64,000 nucleotides of DNA, taken from a bacterium (GTDB lineage: Bacteria > Hydrothermota > DG-26 > JAUXAN01). The DNA is taken from the NCBI GenBank assembly GCA_030619885.1, contig JAUXAN010000001.1, positions 75,474 to 139,473 of the forward strand. The letters run 5' to 3'. The translations under genes were made by a program, and so were the position numbers. Under the pieces are notes generated by a model, which was not told the origin of the DNA, ran no database searches, and saw nothing but the letters and a program-made list of their open reading frames with translations. This document shows, one piece after another, positions 9,364 through 19,816 of the stretch (position 1 is the first letter of the stretch; each line of letters starts with the position of its first letter).

Positions 9364-10950
9364 ATGAGTCGTATTTCTAAATTTTGTGTACTCACCTTCC
9401 TGTTCATTTATAGCCAAGCCATTGAGAGCCAGTCCATCAGTGGAACAAGAATATTGCGATGGCCTGATGGAAAGAAAGCAGCGGTAAGCATTAGCTTTGA
9501 CGACAATTTAGTAAGTCAGTTGGATATCGCCATGCCCGAAATGGAAAAGTACGAATTCAAAGGGACATTCTTCATAGTAGCCCAGTGGCTTGATGATTTT
9601 GCTGTATGGGACGGATTGGCTAAACGTTGGAGGGGGGCTGCACAACGGGGACACGAAATAGGCAGTCATTCTTATTCTCATCGCTACCTTACTTGGCTGG
9701 ATGACAAAGAACTTGCCTTTCAGGTGAAGCAATCCAAGGAAATCATTGAGCGGTGGATCGGAGAGAGTAATTGTCAAATATTTCGACATCCTTGGGGAAA
9801 TCGAAACCAACGAACAAATCAACTTGTACGTGAGACATACCTATGGAATAGCGATGATCTTCCTGCTTACGCCGAAGTCTTTACTTCTGGGCAAAGGGAC
9901 GTGGAAAAACTACGCAAGATAATTAAAAAAACAATTTCTGATCAGGGATGGTTTGTCTCAGTTTTCCATGGCGTTGGTAGGGATTTCATGTCCATCCCGC
10001 TTACAGACTTTGAAAAGTATCTTGCCTGTCTGGACAGTCTACGAGACTTGGTGTGGGTCGCTCCTATGGGACAGGTCATTCGGTATGCGACAGAACGAGA
10101 GGCTGCTAAAATTGTGCAGAAAAATGGAATACAGGTTATCTTACCTGACAGCTTGGATCCTTTTATTTACAATGTACCATTAACGTTGGAAACTCTACTC
10201 CCGACCGATTGGACGATCGTCAAGATTAGGCAAGGCAATCGTTATCGGTTTTTCAACACGTTGGAAGATGATAGAGGTCGTTTTGTCCGCTATGAGAGCT
10301 TACCAAACGGTAATCCGATTACCATAGAGAATATGAAGCCCCTCTCAACAGATAAGCTGAGGCTTATGCAGATTGCCGATTTCCGCTTTGAGAGGAAAAC
10401 GGACTTATCAAATTGGGAGGTTGTTGAAGGAGAATGGGAAGTGAAAGAAGGCATTCTTTCTACAAAGGCGTATGTTTGTAAGATGCTTTACCGGAAACCC
10501 TTGACAGATTTTATGGTGCGTGGCCGTTTCAAGATTCTGAGTGGAGGCAAGGAGCATAGTTCGTTCAGCTTTTCAGGAATTTTTCTAAGATCTGAGAAGT
10601 GTCTTCCTGGAGAGAACAACGGCATCTATTATGAATTAGACAACCATTCATCCATTTCTGACTTTCGGAAGAATCGTGCTCTTCTTTGGCATCAGTGGAC
10701 AGTAAGGGATGGGGAAAAGATCCCATGGTATTGGCCAGATAGACTCAGTGCAACATTTTCAGCCAATATCGAAGTAGACCGATGGCATTTGTTTGAGATT
10801 TGGTTGAAAGATTCACTATTGTTGTATCGTTTGGATAACAAGACAGTATTATTCTACGACGAGATTAAAATACCTGAGGGGGAATTTGGTTTGAGGAACA
10901 GGGGGAGTCAGGTGTACTTTGATGATATCGAGATATTTGAAATTAAATGA
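9364..10950 (+). CDS. secreted polysaccharide deacetylase (NodB/CE4) with a C-terminal DUF1080-like (laminin-G/3-keto-disaccharide hydrolase-like) domain
   Basis: N-terminal signal peptide. AAVSISFDD and HSYSH NodB-type motifs. C-terminal beta-sandwich-like region. Confidence 0.6.
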   Translation: MSRISKFCVLTFLFIYSQAIESQSISGTRILRWPDGKKAAVSISFDDNLVSQLDIAMPEMEKYEFKGTFFIVAQWLDDFAVWDGLAKRWRGAAQRGHEIGSHSYSHRYLTWLDDKELAFQVKQSKEIIERWIGESNCQIFRHPWGNRNQRTNQLVRETYLWNSDDLPAYAEVFTSGQRDVEKLRKIIKKTISDQGWFVSVFHGVGRDFMSIPLTDFEKYLACLDSLRDLVWVAPMGQVIRYATEREAAKIVQKNGIQVILPDSLDPFIYNVPLTLETLLPTDWTIVKIRQGNRYRFFNTLEDDRGRFVRYESLPNGNPITIENMKPLSTDKLRLMQIADFRFERKTDLSNWEVVEGEWEVKEGILSTKAYVCKMLYRKPLTDFMVRGRFKILSGGKEHSSFSFSGIFLRSEKCLPGENNGIYYELDNHSSISDFRKNRALLWHQWTVRDGEKIPWYWPDRLSATFSANIEVDRWHLFEIWLKDSLLLYRLDNKTVLFYDEIKIPEGEFGLRNRGSQVYFDDIEIFEIK

Positions 10951-11020
10951 GATGTTGCCCTGCACAATATAAAAGCACAAGAGGAAAGAGATACTATCCC
11001 TCTTAAACTAAAATCATAGG

Positions 11021-11329
11021 ATGCTTAAATCTTTTTATCAAAGAGTAATAGATATTATAAAAAACATACCACAAGGCAAAGTAGCTACCTACGGGCAGAT
11101 TGCGGCTTATGCTGGTAATCGGCGGGCGGCTCGTCAGGTAGCCTATATATTACATTCATCTTCCCGCAAAGAAGACCTTCCCTGGCACCGGGTTGTAAAC
11201 AACAAAGGCAGTATATCATTGAAACCCGGTCACGGATATGAGATTCAAAAGAAACTGCTAAAAAAGGAAGGGATAACCTTTAAAGAAAATAATTGTATCG
11301 ATTTAAAACGCTTCCTCTGGCTTCCTTAA
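11021..11329 (+). CDS. atl: alkyltransferase-like protein (ATL; MGMT DNA-binding fold with Trp replacing the acceptor Cys)
   Basis: 102 aa with the MGMT DNA-binding-domain helix-turn-helix (ATYGQIA). The active-site motif reads PWHRVV rather than PCHR. Confidence 0.7.
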   Translation: MLKSFYQRVIDIIKNIPQGKVATYGQIAAYAGNRRAARQVAYILHSSSRKEDLPWHRVVNNKGSISLKPGHGYEIQKKLLKKEGITFKENNCIDLKRFLWLP

Positions 11330-11417
11330 GTAATGGAATTTATCTACGGGTAGTATTTAATTTATAAATTAACTCAAGCACTGATTGGTGCCAGGTATTG
11401 ACAAAATTGACAAGGAA

Positions 11418-12326
11418 TTAACCTTTTCGTTCTTCTTTATTCAGCAACAATTTAAAGAGCTCGCTTGCTTCACCGAAATGTACACTGAGATGTGGGAATG
11501 GAATCTCGATATCGTTCTCATCCAATGCCTTTTTAAGTCGGAGGCGATATTGCCTGGCTATTGTCCATTGTTTTAGAGGCTGCGTTTTTATACGTGCCCT
11601 TATAACCATTGAAGACTCAGCAAACTTATCAAGACCGAATATCTCCATGGGTTCCAGTATTAACTGACTGAATTCTTTGTCTGCCCGGAGATCCTCATCT
11701 ACTTTTCTCATAATCTCTATCACTTTTTCCGGGTCTTCTTTATAGGCTATGCTTATATCAAGTACACATGCCGACCAATCCTTTGTCTTGTTAGAAAGAG
11801 TATTTATCGATCCATTCGGAAAGATATGAACTGTTCCTTCAAGATTCCTTAAGACCGTCGTTCGTAGATTTATTGCCTCTACCATACCACCGGTCCCGTT
11901 GATAACTGCTACATCGCCTACTCGTATCTGATCCTCAATCAGCATAAAAATCCCGGCTATGGTATCCTTAACGAGGGTTTGAGCGCCAAAACTGACCGCC
12001 AATCCAATTATACCCAATCCAGTGAGAATGGGGGCAATATTGATATCAAGTTCACCAAGAATCATAACGATACCTATTCCCCATAGCAGTATAAAAGCTA
12101 TACGGGTAAAAATAGCATTAATCGTCGTAATCCTCTTCTCTTTTTCTGCCGATATGCCCTCCTTCTTGGATACTTTGCTTATTATCAATCGGGTTAACTT
12201 TTTCGTAAAGACGCGGATAATGAAATGAAAGATAACTATGACAACAAGTGTAATCAACAATTCAGGAGCATTAGCGACGAAGAGTGACTTTAGATTTTTT
12301 ATAAATTGGGCGAAGTTAATAGCCAT
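11418..12326 (-). CDS. mscS: small-conductance mechanosensitive channel
   Basis: Three N-terminal TM helices, then the MscS beta-domain (DxIRVGD..G.VE...LR.T.LR). Confidence 0.85.
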   Translation of the reverse strand: MAINFAQFIKNLKSLFVANAPELLITLVVIVIFHFIIRVFTKKLTRLIISKVSKKEGISAEKEKRITTINAIFTRIAFILLWGIGIVMILGELDINIAPILTGLGIIGLAVSFGAQTLVKDTIAGIFMLIEDQIRVGDVAVINGTGGMVEAINLRTTVLRNLEGTVHIFPNGSINTLSNKTKDWSACVLDISIAYKEDPEKVIEIMRKVDEDLRADKEFSQLILEPMEIFGLDKFAESSMVIRARIKTQPLKQWTIARQYRLRLKKALDENDIEIPFPHLSVHFGEASELFKLLLNKEERKG

Positions 12327-12375
12327 TTGTACCTCCCTATTTTTGAATTTATAACAACTAAAACCTCATATATAG

Positions 12376-12404
12376 ATGATAAGAATCATATTTAGGAATG
12401 TCAA
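12376..12404 (-). promoter_or_regulatory. promoter of mscS
   Basis: Minus strand reads TTGACA-17-TATCAT, then a GGGAGG RBS and the ATG at 12326. Confidence 0.45.
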
Positions 12405-12418
12405 GAAGAAAAAGAAAA

Positions 12419-12447
12419 CCGTAGAGGCGCAGGGATCCGTATGGAAA
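12419..12447 (-). terminator. hairpin terminator after nadB built from a GGATCCGTATGG-family palindrome
   Basis: Minus strand reads GCAGGGtctttccatacggatcCCTGC, followed by gcctctacggTTTTCTTTTTCTTC. Confidence 0.35.
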
Positions 12448-12500
12448 GACCCTGCACTACCTTTGTTGGAGTTACAATTACTGAATGCAATAAAGATGCG

Positions 12501-14063
12501 TTAGACCTTCGTTGTAACGACCGTGTCTTTTTTGAATCTGTTGCTCTTTTTGGGATAGTCCGTGTTGTAGTGGAGTCCCCTCGATTCTTTCCTCTTAATA
12601 GCACACATTGTGATGAGTTCTGCAATGGTCGCTAAATTTTGTAGTTCGATTAAAGAATGGGTTATTTCACAACTTTCGTATAACTTTTCAACTTTCCCTT
12701 TTAAGTCTTTGATTTTTCTTTGGGCAACTTTCAATCTCTGATTGGACCTGACTATGCCAACATAATCCCACATAGTCTCTCTTATCTCCTTTACAAGTTG
12801 TCCAATCACTTCCTCGTCACATTTTCTGCCTTCATTTTTAATCTTTGCTATTTTTATTCTTTCTATTTTACCTATTTTTTTGCTCGCATCCCTCGCTGCC
12901 TGCTCTGCAAAGACAAGTGATTCCAACAGAGAGTTGCTTGCAAGTCGGTTTGCTCCGTGAACACCTGTGTATGCACACTCTCCTGCGGCATATAATCCTT
13001 CGATAGTGGTTCTTCCATCCAGATCAGTAGCGACACCGCCACAGACATAATGGGCAGCGGGAACAACGGGTATCGGTCTTTCTGTAATATCCACCCCTAA
13101 ATCTAAACATGTCTCATATATCGTGGGGAACCTCTGCTTTATCCTTTCTTTATCTAAATGGGTTATATCTAAATAAACATAATTACCTTCCATCTTTTTA
13201 AGTTCAGTATCTATTGCCCTCGCCACAATATCCCTCGGTGCAAGACAACCGAGTGGATGATATTTTTCCATAAATGTTTTTCCATCTTTCGTTCTGAGTA
13301 CTCCACCCTCACCCCTTACCGCCTCAGAGATTAAAAATTTTCTGTCATCTATCTCTTTTCCATAAAAAGATGTGGGATGAAACTGGATGAACTCCATATT
13401 TCTTATCTCACCACCTGCCCTGTATGCCATCGCTATACCATCCCCGGTAACAATGGAAGGGTTGGTAGTATGCAAATAGACCCTTCCACAACCACCCGTT
13501 GCAAGTAAGGTCAATTTTGATGCAATGGGCTCGATTCTATTACCTAACAATACATAAACCCCACAGCATCTATTGTTTTCAACTACGAGGTCACAAGCGG
13601 TGCAGTCTTCGTAAACCTGTACATTCTTTTTAGACCTCACCCTCGACAATAGGGTTGTTTCTATCTCCCTCCCTGTGAAATCCCTCGCATGGACAATCCT
13701 TCTTTTTGAATGTCCGCCTTCTATAGCAAGATCGAATCTCTCCTTATTATTCTCTGTCTTTACCCTACTAAAGTCGACACCCAATTCCATAAGTTCACTC
13801 ACGAGTCTCGGACCCTCTTCAACCATTGTCTGCAGAGGTTTTTCATTGCACAACCCATCGCCTGCAACCAATGTGTCTGAGATGTGAAATTTAAAAGAAT
13901 CTCTCTTATCAAAAACTGCTGCGATCCCACCCTGTGCATAGTTTGTAGAAGAGTCGACATCCGATTTTTTGGTGATGACTATAACCTTACCAAATTTACA
14001 GACCTTGAGTGTGAATGTGAGCCCAGCAATTCCAGTGCCAATAACCAAAAAATCTGTGGTCAT
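12501..14063 (-). CDS. nadB: L-aspartate oxidase
   Basis: FAD-binding N-terminus DFLVIGTGIAG. Succinate dehydrogenase/fumarate reductase flavoprotein fold, ~520 aa. Confidence 0.9.
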   Translation of the reverse strand: MTTDFLVIGTGIAGLTFTLKVCKFGKVIVITKKSDVDSSTNYAQGGIAAVFDKRDSFKFHISDTLVAGDGLCNEKPLQTMVEEGPRLVSELMELGVDFSRVKTENNKERFDLAIEGGHSKRRIVHARDFTGREIETTLLSRVRSKKNVQVYEDCTACDLVVENNRCCGVYVLLGNRIEPIASKLTLLATGGCGRVYLHTTNPSIVTGDGIAMAYRAGGEIRNMEFIQFHPTSFYGKEIDDRKFLISEAVRGEGGVLRTKDGKTFMEKYHPLGCLAPRDIVARAIDTELKKMEGNYVYLDITHLDKERIKQRFPTIYETCLDLGVDITERPIPVVPAAHYVCGGVATDLDGRTTIEGLYAAGECAYTGVHGANRLASNSLLESLVFAEQAARDASKKIGKIERIKIAKIKNEGRKCDEEVIGQLVKEIRETMWDYVGIVRSNQRLKVAQRKIKDLKGKVEKLYESCEITHSLIELQNLATIAELITMCAIKRKESRGLHYNTDYPKKSNRFKKDTVVTTKV

Positions 14064-14716
14064 AGGAGTTTCTTTAAAGCAACCTTTGCTGCCTTCTGTT
14101 CGGCATCCTTCTTACTTCTGCCAGTTCCCAGCCCATATCTCTTTCCTCTTATTAAGACTTGTACTTCAAATAGTTTATTGTGTTGGGGACCCTTTTCGGA
14201 AAGCAATCTATAGTGGGGATACTCTTTAAATTTTCTGACAACTTTTTCCTGAAGTTCACTCTTATAGTCCTCACCCAGTTCCAGATCGTCCAGTCGATCG
14301 AGCAGGGTGCGGTGGATGAACTTTTGTGCACCTTCCAAACCAGAATCTAAGTAGATGGCTCCGATGAGCGCTTCGTAAGCATCGGAAAGAATGGTCTTTC
14401 CTTCCATTTTCTTCTCTGCCTTTCCCAATATAAGACATTCATCTATTTTTAATAGTTTTGCTACTTCGAATAGGATACCTGTATTGACAAGTTTTGACCT
14501 TAATTTAGTCAGTTCTCCCTCGGTTTTAAATGGGTATCTGGTGTAGAGGTAGTCGGTTACGATCAGACTAAGAACCGCATCACCGAGAAATTCTAACCTT
14601 TCATTAGATTCTTCACTTTGGGCTGAGGAATGGAGGAGGGCAATATTTAGAAGTTCTGGATCGGAAAAGTGTACTCCGATCCGTTTTTCAGCATTTTTTA
14701 ACTGCGATGACCGCAT
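14060..14716 (-). CDS. rnc: ribonuclease III
   Basis: RNase III signature [11 protein letters not shown] and a C-terminal dsRBD. Start trimmed to MRSSQ at 14716, which overlaps the fabF 3' end. Confidence 0.88.
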   Translation of the reverse strand: MRSSQLKNAEKRIGVHFSDPELLNIALLHSSAQSEESNERLEFLGDAVLSLIVTDYLYTRYPFKTEGELTKLRSKLVNTGILFEVAKLLKIDECLILGKAEKKMEGKTILSDAYEALIGAIYLDSGLEGAQKFIHRTLLDRLDDLELGEDYKSELQEKVVRKFKEYPHYRLLSEKGPQHNKLFEVQVLIRGKRYGLGTGRSKKDAEQKAAKVALKKLL

Positions 14717-15926
14717 TATGTCCACCGAAACCGAATGAGTTTGATATAGTGCATTTGATTTCCTCGTCTCTTGATTCGTTTGGCACATAATCCAAGTCGC
14801 ATTCTGGGTCAGGAGTGGTATAGTTTATAGTGGGATGGATAGTTGAATTCTTCATGCAGAGCACCGTTGCGATGAACTCCACTCCACCTGCCGCCCCCAG
14901 AAGATGTCCTATCATAGATTTTGTTGATGAGACAGGTATTTTTTTTGCATAATCTTTAAATACGGTCTTTATGGCGATGGTCTCATATTTGTCATTGAGC
15001 GGTGTGGATGTTCCGTGGGCGTTTATATAGTCAACGTCATCTAAATTTAATCCCGCATCTTCAAGGCATAACCCCATTGCCGTTGCTGCACCTTCACCAT
15101 CTGGAGCAGGAGCCGCAATATGATAGGCATCACCCGTTGCAGCATACCCCACAAGTTCAGCATATATATTGGCACCCCTTTTTGCAGCGTGTTCAAACTC
15201 CTCCAGTACGACAATTCCAGCCCCTTCTGATACAATGAAGCCGTCTCTATTTTTATCGAAAGGTCTTGAAGCAGTTCCAGGTTCATCATTTCTTACTGAG
15301 AGTGCCTTCATAGATGCAAAACCCGCAAGGGCCATTGGTGTTATTGGAGCTTCACTCCCCCCTGTTATTATTATATCATTATATCCATTCTGAATAAATC
15401 TAAATGCCTCGCCTATGGCATGGGCACCGGATGCACATGCAGAGACCGGGCAGAAATTTACCCCCTTTGCACCGAGTTTTATAGAGATATATCCGGATGC
15501 CATGTCGGCAATCATCATAGGGATAAAGAAAGGACTTACTCTGCCTGGTCCATCATTTAAAAGTTTTTTATGCTGCTCTTCTAAAGTCCATAGTCCACCT
15601 ATTCCAGACCCTATTATTATACCGATTTTATTTCTATCCTCATTTTCCAGTTCGAGATGTGAATCCTCCACAGCTTCAAGGGTTGCTATCAGGGCATACT
15701 GGACGAACCTATCCATTCTTCTCATTTCTTTCCTATCGATGTGTAGAGATGGATCGAAATTTTTCAACTCCCCTGCAATCCTGCTTGGGAAATTAGATAC
15801 ATCGAACCTTGTTATCTCTGTTATTCCACTTTTACCTGAAGCAAGACCATCCCAGAACTCATCCTTATTCAAAGATATAGGGTTCAGAGTGCCCAAACCA
15901 GTTACCGCAACCCTTCTCTTCTCCAT
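14688..15926 (-). CDS. fabF: 3-oxoacyl-ACP synthase II
   Basis: Active-site Cys in PVSACASG, the [11 protein letters not shown] motif and GHLLGAAG. 412 aa. Confidence 0.93.
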   Translation of the reverse strand: MEKRRVAVTGLGTLNPISLNKDEFWDGLASGKSGITEITRFDVSNFPSRIAGELKNFDPSLHIDRKEMRRMDRFVQYALIATLEAVEDSHLELENEDRNKIGIIIGSGIGGLWTLEEQHKKLLNDGPGRVSPFFIPMMIADMASGYISIKLGAKGVNFCPVSACASGAHAIGEAFRFIQNGYNDIIITGGSEAPITPMALAGFASMKALSVRNDEPGTASRPFDKNRDGFIVSEGAGIVVLEEFEHAAKRGANIYAELVGYAATGDAYHIAAPAPDGEGAATAMGLCLEDAGLNLDDVDYINAHGTSTPLNDKYETIAIKTVFKDYAKKIPVSSTKSMIGHLLGAAGGVEFIATVLCMKNSTIHPTINYTTPDPECDLDYVPNESRDEEIKCTISNSFGFGGHNAVIAVKKC

Positions 15927-15927
15927 A

Positions 15928-16173
15928 CTATCCCTCTTTTTCTGATATTTTCTGTTCTATATATTCTACAGACTTTCCAATCGTATCCAGTTTCTCCGCA
16001 TCTTCATCAGGAACTTCGATCTCGAACTTCTCTTCCAGTGCCATTACTAATTCGACCGTGTCGAGAGAGTCCGCGCCTAGGTCATCTATGAACTTTGCGT
16101 CAAGAGTCACCTCTTCGGGTTTCACCCCCAACTTCTCGATAGTTATCTTTCTCACATCATCTTCTACTGACAT
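15928..16173 (-). CDS. acpP: acyl carrier protein
   Basis: [18 protein letters not shown] phosphopantetheine-attachment motif. 81 aa. Confidence 0.95.
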   Translation of the reverse strand: MSVEDDVRKITIEKLGVKPEEVTLDAKFIDDLGADSLDTVELVMALEEKFEIEVPDEDAEKLDTIGKSVEYIEQKISEKEG

Positions 16174-16454
16174 TTTTTACCTCCTTTTTAGTTAAAAAGC
16201 ACTTAGGGTATTTAAATAAAATTTTCTATTTTGTCAAGGGAAAAAGAACCACGAATTATACGAATTTTGTAATATGGATTCGACATGTAAATATACAGTA
16301 AGGGCAGAAAAATCTGCGTCCTCATCTTTAAAATGACCTTACATATTACAAAATTATAAAAATTTTTCTCTGTGGATCTCTTTTTATTGTCTCAGTGGGT
16401 TTTCTCAATGTGCTTGACAAAATAGAATAAATTTGTATTTTTCAAGGAGGTTAT

Positions 16455-18515
16455 ATGGAACAAGTATCCTTGGTAAAGATGGCAAATTCGAAACTTAAAA
16501 AAGTTTCAAAAATAATAAAACTTTACCCCAAGAAGTATGGGGACTTTTTCCATAAGGTTTTTCCATCGAATAGGTTTGTGCTCATCATTCTTCGCTGCGC
16601 AGCGTTTGTTGTCCTAATTCTCTTACTCTGGAACCCTGTTCTATCATTTCTCACTAAAGTGCAAATAAAGCCATCCGTTTATGTTCTAATAGATGATTCC
16701 GAAAGCATAGAGGTAGTCGATGGTGTTCATCAAACAAAGGAACTACTTTCAAAACTGATTTCAAATTTGAAGGGAGACTATGACTTGAAATTATATAGAT
16801 TCTCAAATAGAATAGAAGAGGCAGAGGAAGAAGATTTAAATTTTCAGGGCATTGAGACAGCGATTGGCAATGTGCTTGAAGCCGTAGAAAAAAAACTGAG
16901 ACCCACAAGTCTCATTCTGATAACAGATGGATGTAATAATGTTGGTAAAGACCCCCTCAGTGTAGCAAAATATCTCAACTTTCCAATATATACTATTGGA
17001 GTGGGAAATACGGAAGAGAAAAAGGATATCGCAATTACAAGGGTAACAACGAATGAGATCGCATATACCGATGATATAGTTCCTGTTGAGGTCTGGATAA
17101 GGAGCAAAGCTATCTCAGCACAAAAGAGCAAAGCAGTAATAAAAGAGGGAGAAAAGATTATAGATGAAGCAGAGGTCTCGATAGAACCTTCGATGGAGAA
17201 GGTAATTGAATTAAATATAAAACCCCATACTCCAGGTACACATATCTATAAGGCTCTAATAGAATCCCACACAGAGGAGTCGAATCTAAAAAACAATGAG
17301 AGAGCCTTCTCAATTCAAGTCTTAAAAAGTAAAATCAACATACTCTATATTGGAACACCAAACTGGGATTATAAATTTCTTAAAAAAGTGCTTGATGCAG
17401 ATTTGAATATCGAACTCGACTCATATCTCATTTTCAGTACAGAAAAACTACCAACTTTTAAAAAACCTCTGAGAGATTACGACTGTTTTGTAGTGGGTAA
17501 TCTTTCTTCAAAGACCATACCAGATTTTTCTGATGATATATTCGACCTAATCAGCAATTCTAATAGAGGTATTCTATTTATGGGAACAAATTACAAGGGT
17601 TCACCCTATGAGCGTATGCTGCCATTGATTATGGGAGAGGGTGCGATTGAATCTTCCTTTCAAGTCGAGTTCACACCCGAGGGGAGGGAGAATCCCATCA
17701 TTTCTGAGAGTGAAGACTTTTCGGACCTACCTCCTCTTTCGGGATATTGGAAGGTGCTTGGATTTAAATTAGGTGCAAATGTATTGGCAGTCCATCCTAC
17801 AGCCAAGACCGCTCAGGGGAAGTTACCAATAATCGCTACCCAGAAATATGGAAGTGGCAAAGTCGCCCAGATAACCGCTTTTTCTCTATGGAGATGGAGT
17901 TTTTTAATGGAAGGAGCAGAGAAAGAATCTACATTTTATGATACATTCTTTTCAAATCTGTTCAGATGGCTTGCTATTAGAGAGGAGATGGATAGAATCG
18001 TAGTAAATTTAGATAAAAATGTCTATAACCCTTTTGAAAAGATAGAATTATTGGTACAATTGTATGACACAAAATACAGACCGCTCGATGGTGGCTTTGT
18101 GAAAGCACATATCAAAGAGATTGAAAAAGAGGTAATATTGAAGGGAACAGGTGAAGGGAAATACACCGCTACTTTGACCAATCTCTCCCCTTCAAAATAC
18201 CACTTTTCTGTAACCGCTGAGATAGATGGAAAACGGTATGGACAAAAAACAGGTAGTTTTGATGTGGTCGAATTCTCTTTGGAGGGAGAGAAGACCTGTA
18301 TGGAGAAGGGTGTATTATTAAAAATTGCAGAGCTAACAGGTGGAAGATACTATCACATTGGAAACATAGACGAACTCACAGACTTTCCTGCAAGTTCAAA
18401 AGAGGTCACAAAAAGAAAAGAGATAGAATTTTTACACAACCCTTTTCTATTTATCTTGCTTTTAATTCTTCTATCAAGTGAATGGTTGGTAAGGAGACGC
18501 GGTGGTTTACCATAG
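16455..18515 (+). CDS. membrane-anchored vWA-domain protein (BatA-like architecture)
   Basis: N-terminal TM helix. MIDAS-type motif VYVLIDDSESI and a second DGCNN motif. C-terminal TM helix followed by RRRGG. Confidence 0.55.
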   Translation: MEQVSLVKMANSKLKKVSKIIKLYPKKYGDFFHKVFPSNRFVLIILRCAAFVVLILLLWNPVLSFLTKVQIKPSVYVLIDDSESIEVVDGVHQTKELLSKLISNLKGDYDLKLYRFSNRIEEAEEEDLNFQGIETAIGNVLEAVEKKLRPTSLILITDGCNNVGKDPLSVAKYLNFPIYTIGVGNTEEKKDIAITRVTTNEIAYTDDIVPVEVWIRSKAISAQKSKAVIKEGEKIIDEAEVSIEPSMEKVIELNIKPHTPGTHIYKALIESHTEESNLKNNERAFSIQVLKSKINILYIGTPNWDYKFLKKVLDADLNIELDSYLIFSTEKLPTFKKPLRDYDCFVVGNLSSKTIPDFSDDIFDLISNSNRGILFMGTNYKGSPYERMLPLIMGEGAIESSFQVEFTPEGRENPIISESEDFSDLPPLSGYWKVLGFKLGANVLAVHPTAKTAQGKLPIIATQKYGSGKVAQITAFSLWRWSFLMEGAEKESTFYDTFFSNLFRWLAIREEMDRIVVNLDKNVYNPFEKIELLVQLYDTKYRPLDGGFVKAHIKEIEKEVILKGTGEGKYTATLTNLSPSKYHFSVTAEIDGKRYGQKTGSFDVVEFSLEGEKTCMEKGVLLKIAELTGGRYYHIGNIDELTDFPASSKEVTKRKEIEFLHNPFLFILLLILLSSEWLVRRRGGLP

Positions 18516-18570
18516 GACACAGATGTGAATTTCTTTTTGTCATCTCTGTACTCCTTGTGGTTTATCAGGA

Positions 18571-18593
18571 AATCTGTAAAAAAAGACTTGACT
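18571..18593 (+). promoter_or_regulatory. AATCTGTA motif 9 bp upstream of the TTGACT -35 box of the methyltransferase gene
   Basis: Sequence is ggaaatctgtaaaaaaagacttgact, followed by a TATATT-like -10. Confidence 0.4.
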
Positions 18594-18667
18594 CTCAAGT
18601 TATATTATTTATATATTATTAAACGATGTTAAGCGATGCCAGACTTAAACTAATCCTGGGAAGTTAA

Positions 18668-19816
18668 ATGGGCGAAAATATTAAACCGAGAGAAAAGTTA
18701 TTAACCAGTGATAGTCCTAAAATGGTTGGGACAAAGGATTTGTTGGCTATTATTTTGGGGCATGGAACCAAGAAAAAAAATGTATTTGACTTAAGTAAGG
18801 AAGTAATTAGATTTCTAAGAGAAAACATGGGAAAAGAAATTAAAGTAAGTGATTTAACTCAATTTGATGGGATAGGAGAAGCAAAGGCATTACAAATTGT
18901 ATCTGCATTAGAAATTGGCAAGCGTTTTTATAAGGATAAAACGAAAATGCAGATTAAAAAGGTGGGAAATGGGGAATTGATTATAGGCGATTGTCTCGAT
19001 GTAATGCAAACTATGCCTGATAATGAAATAATATTGGCCTTTACTTCCCCACCTTATCTTAATGCTATAAATTATGAAGACCAAATCAAAAAATTGAGCG
19101 GTGAAATAAAGTATTGGGAACGCAAAGAGGTCTCTTATGACTATTATAAAAATTTCCTTATAGACCGTTTCAAAGAACTCTATCGTATTATTAAACCCGG
19201 TGGACACAATGTAGTAAATATTTCACCAATCGCTTGGAATGGAAAACGAGTTGCTTTGCCCTTTCATTTTGTAAATTGGATGGAGAGTATCGGTTGGGTA
19301 TTTAAAGAAGACATTATTTGGGAAAAGGAAATTGCCCGTGATCGCCGAAGCGGTGTTTTAATACAGCATCCATATCCCGGGTATTATTATCCCAGTTTAG
19401 TTGTGGAGTATGTTTTCGTTTTTCAAAAACCTGCAGAAAACAAAGAGCAAAATAATATCTATCATTTCCGAACAAGAAAAGAAAAAGAAGAAAATAAAAT
19501 GGACTTATCCGATTATCAGGGAGAAAAGAGCAAAAATATATGGAGAATCAGACCAGTTGCTCCCCAAGAAAATATACATCCCTGTCCATTTCCTTTAGAG
19601 TTAGCTAAGAGAGTTATACAATACTATTCATACAAGAGTGACACTGTGATTGATATTTTTACAGGAAGTGGCCAAACTAATTTAGCGGCTGAGATTTTAG
19701 GTAGAAAACATCTAGGAATTGATACTCAAGAAAAATATATTGAGTATGCAATAAAAAGAATTATTGATCAAACGAGTCAATTGCGGTTAGGGGATAGATT
19801 TGGAAATCATAGCTAA
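18668..19816 (+). CDS. DNA methyltransferase (beta-class N4-C/N6-A, PF01555-like) with an N-terminal RadC/UPF0758-type HhH domain
   Basis: N-terminal 90 aa: PREKLL..LLAIILGHGTKKKNV..L.....DGIGEAKALQI.SALEIGKR, a RadC N-terminal HhH. Motif IV TSPPY lies before the C-terminal motif I (IDIFTGSGQT), which is the beta-class order. Confidence 0.8.
   Translation: MGENIKPREKLLTSDSPKMVGTKDLLAIILGHGTKKKNVFDLSKEVIRFLRENMGKEIKVSDLTQFDGIGEAKALQIVSALEIGKRFYKDKTKMQIKKVGNGELIIGDCLDVMQTMPDNEIILAFTSPPYLNAINYEDQIKKLSGEIKYWERKEVSYDYYKNFLIDRFKELYRIIKPGGHNVVNISPIAWNGKRVALPFHFVNWMESIGWVFKEDIIWEKEIARDRRSGVLIQHPYPGYYYPSLVVEYVFVFQKPAENKEQNNIYHFRTRKEKEENKMDLSDYQGEKSKNIWRIRPVAPQENIHPCPFPLELAKRVIQYYSYKSDTVIDIFTGSGQTNLAAEILGRKHLGIDTQEKYIEYAIKRIIDQTSQLRLGDRFGNHS

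Noticed and set aside
18668-19816. Possible link between the methyltransferase and the GGATCC cores of the dispersed repeats (M.BamHI is a beta-class m4C methyltransferase)
   Set aside because: Pure coincidence cannot be excluded. The partner protein is 378 aa, unlike R.BamHI at 213 aa, and specificity cannot be read from the sequence.
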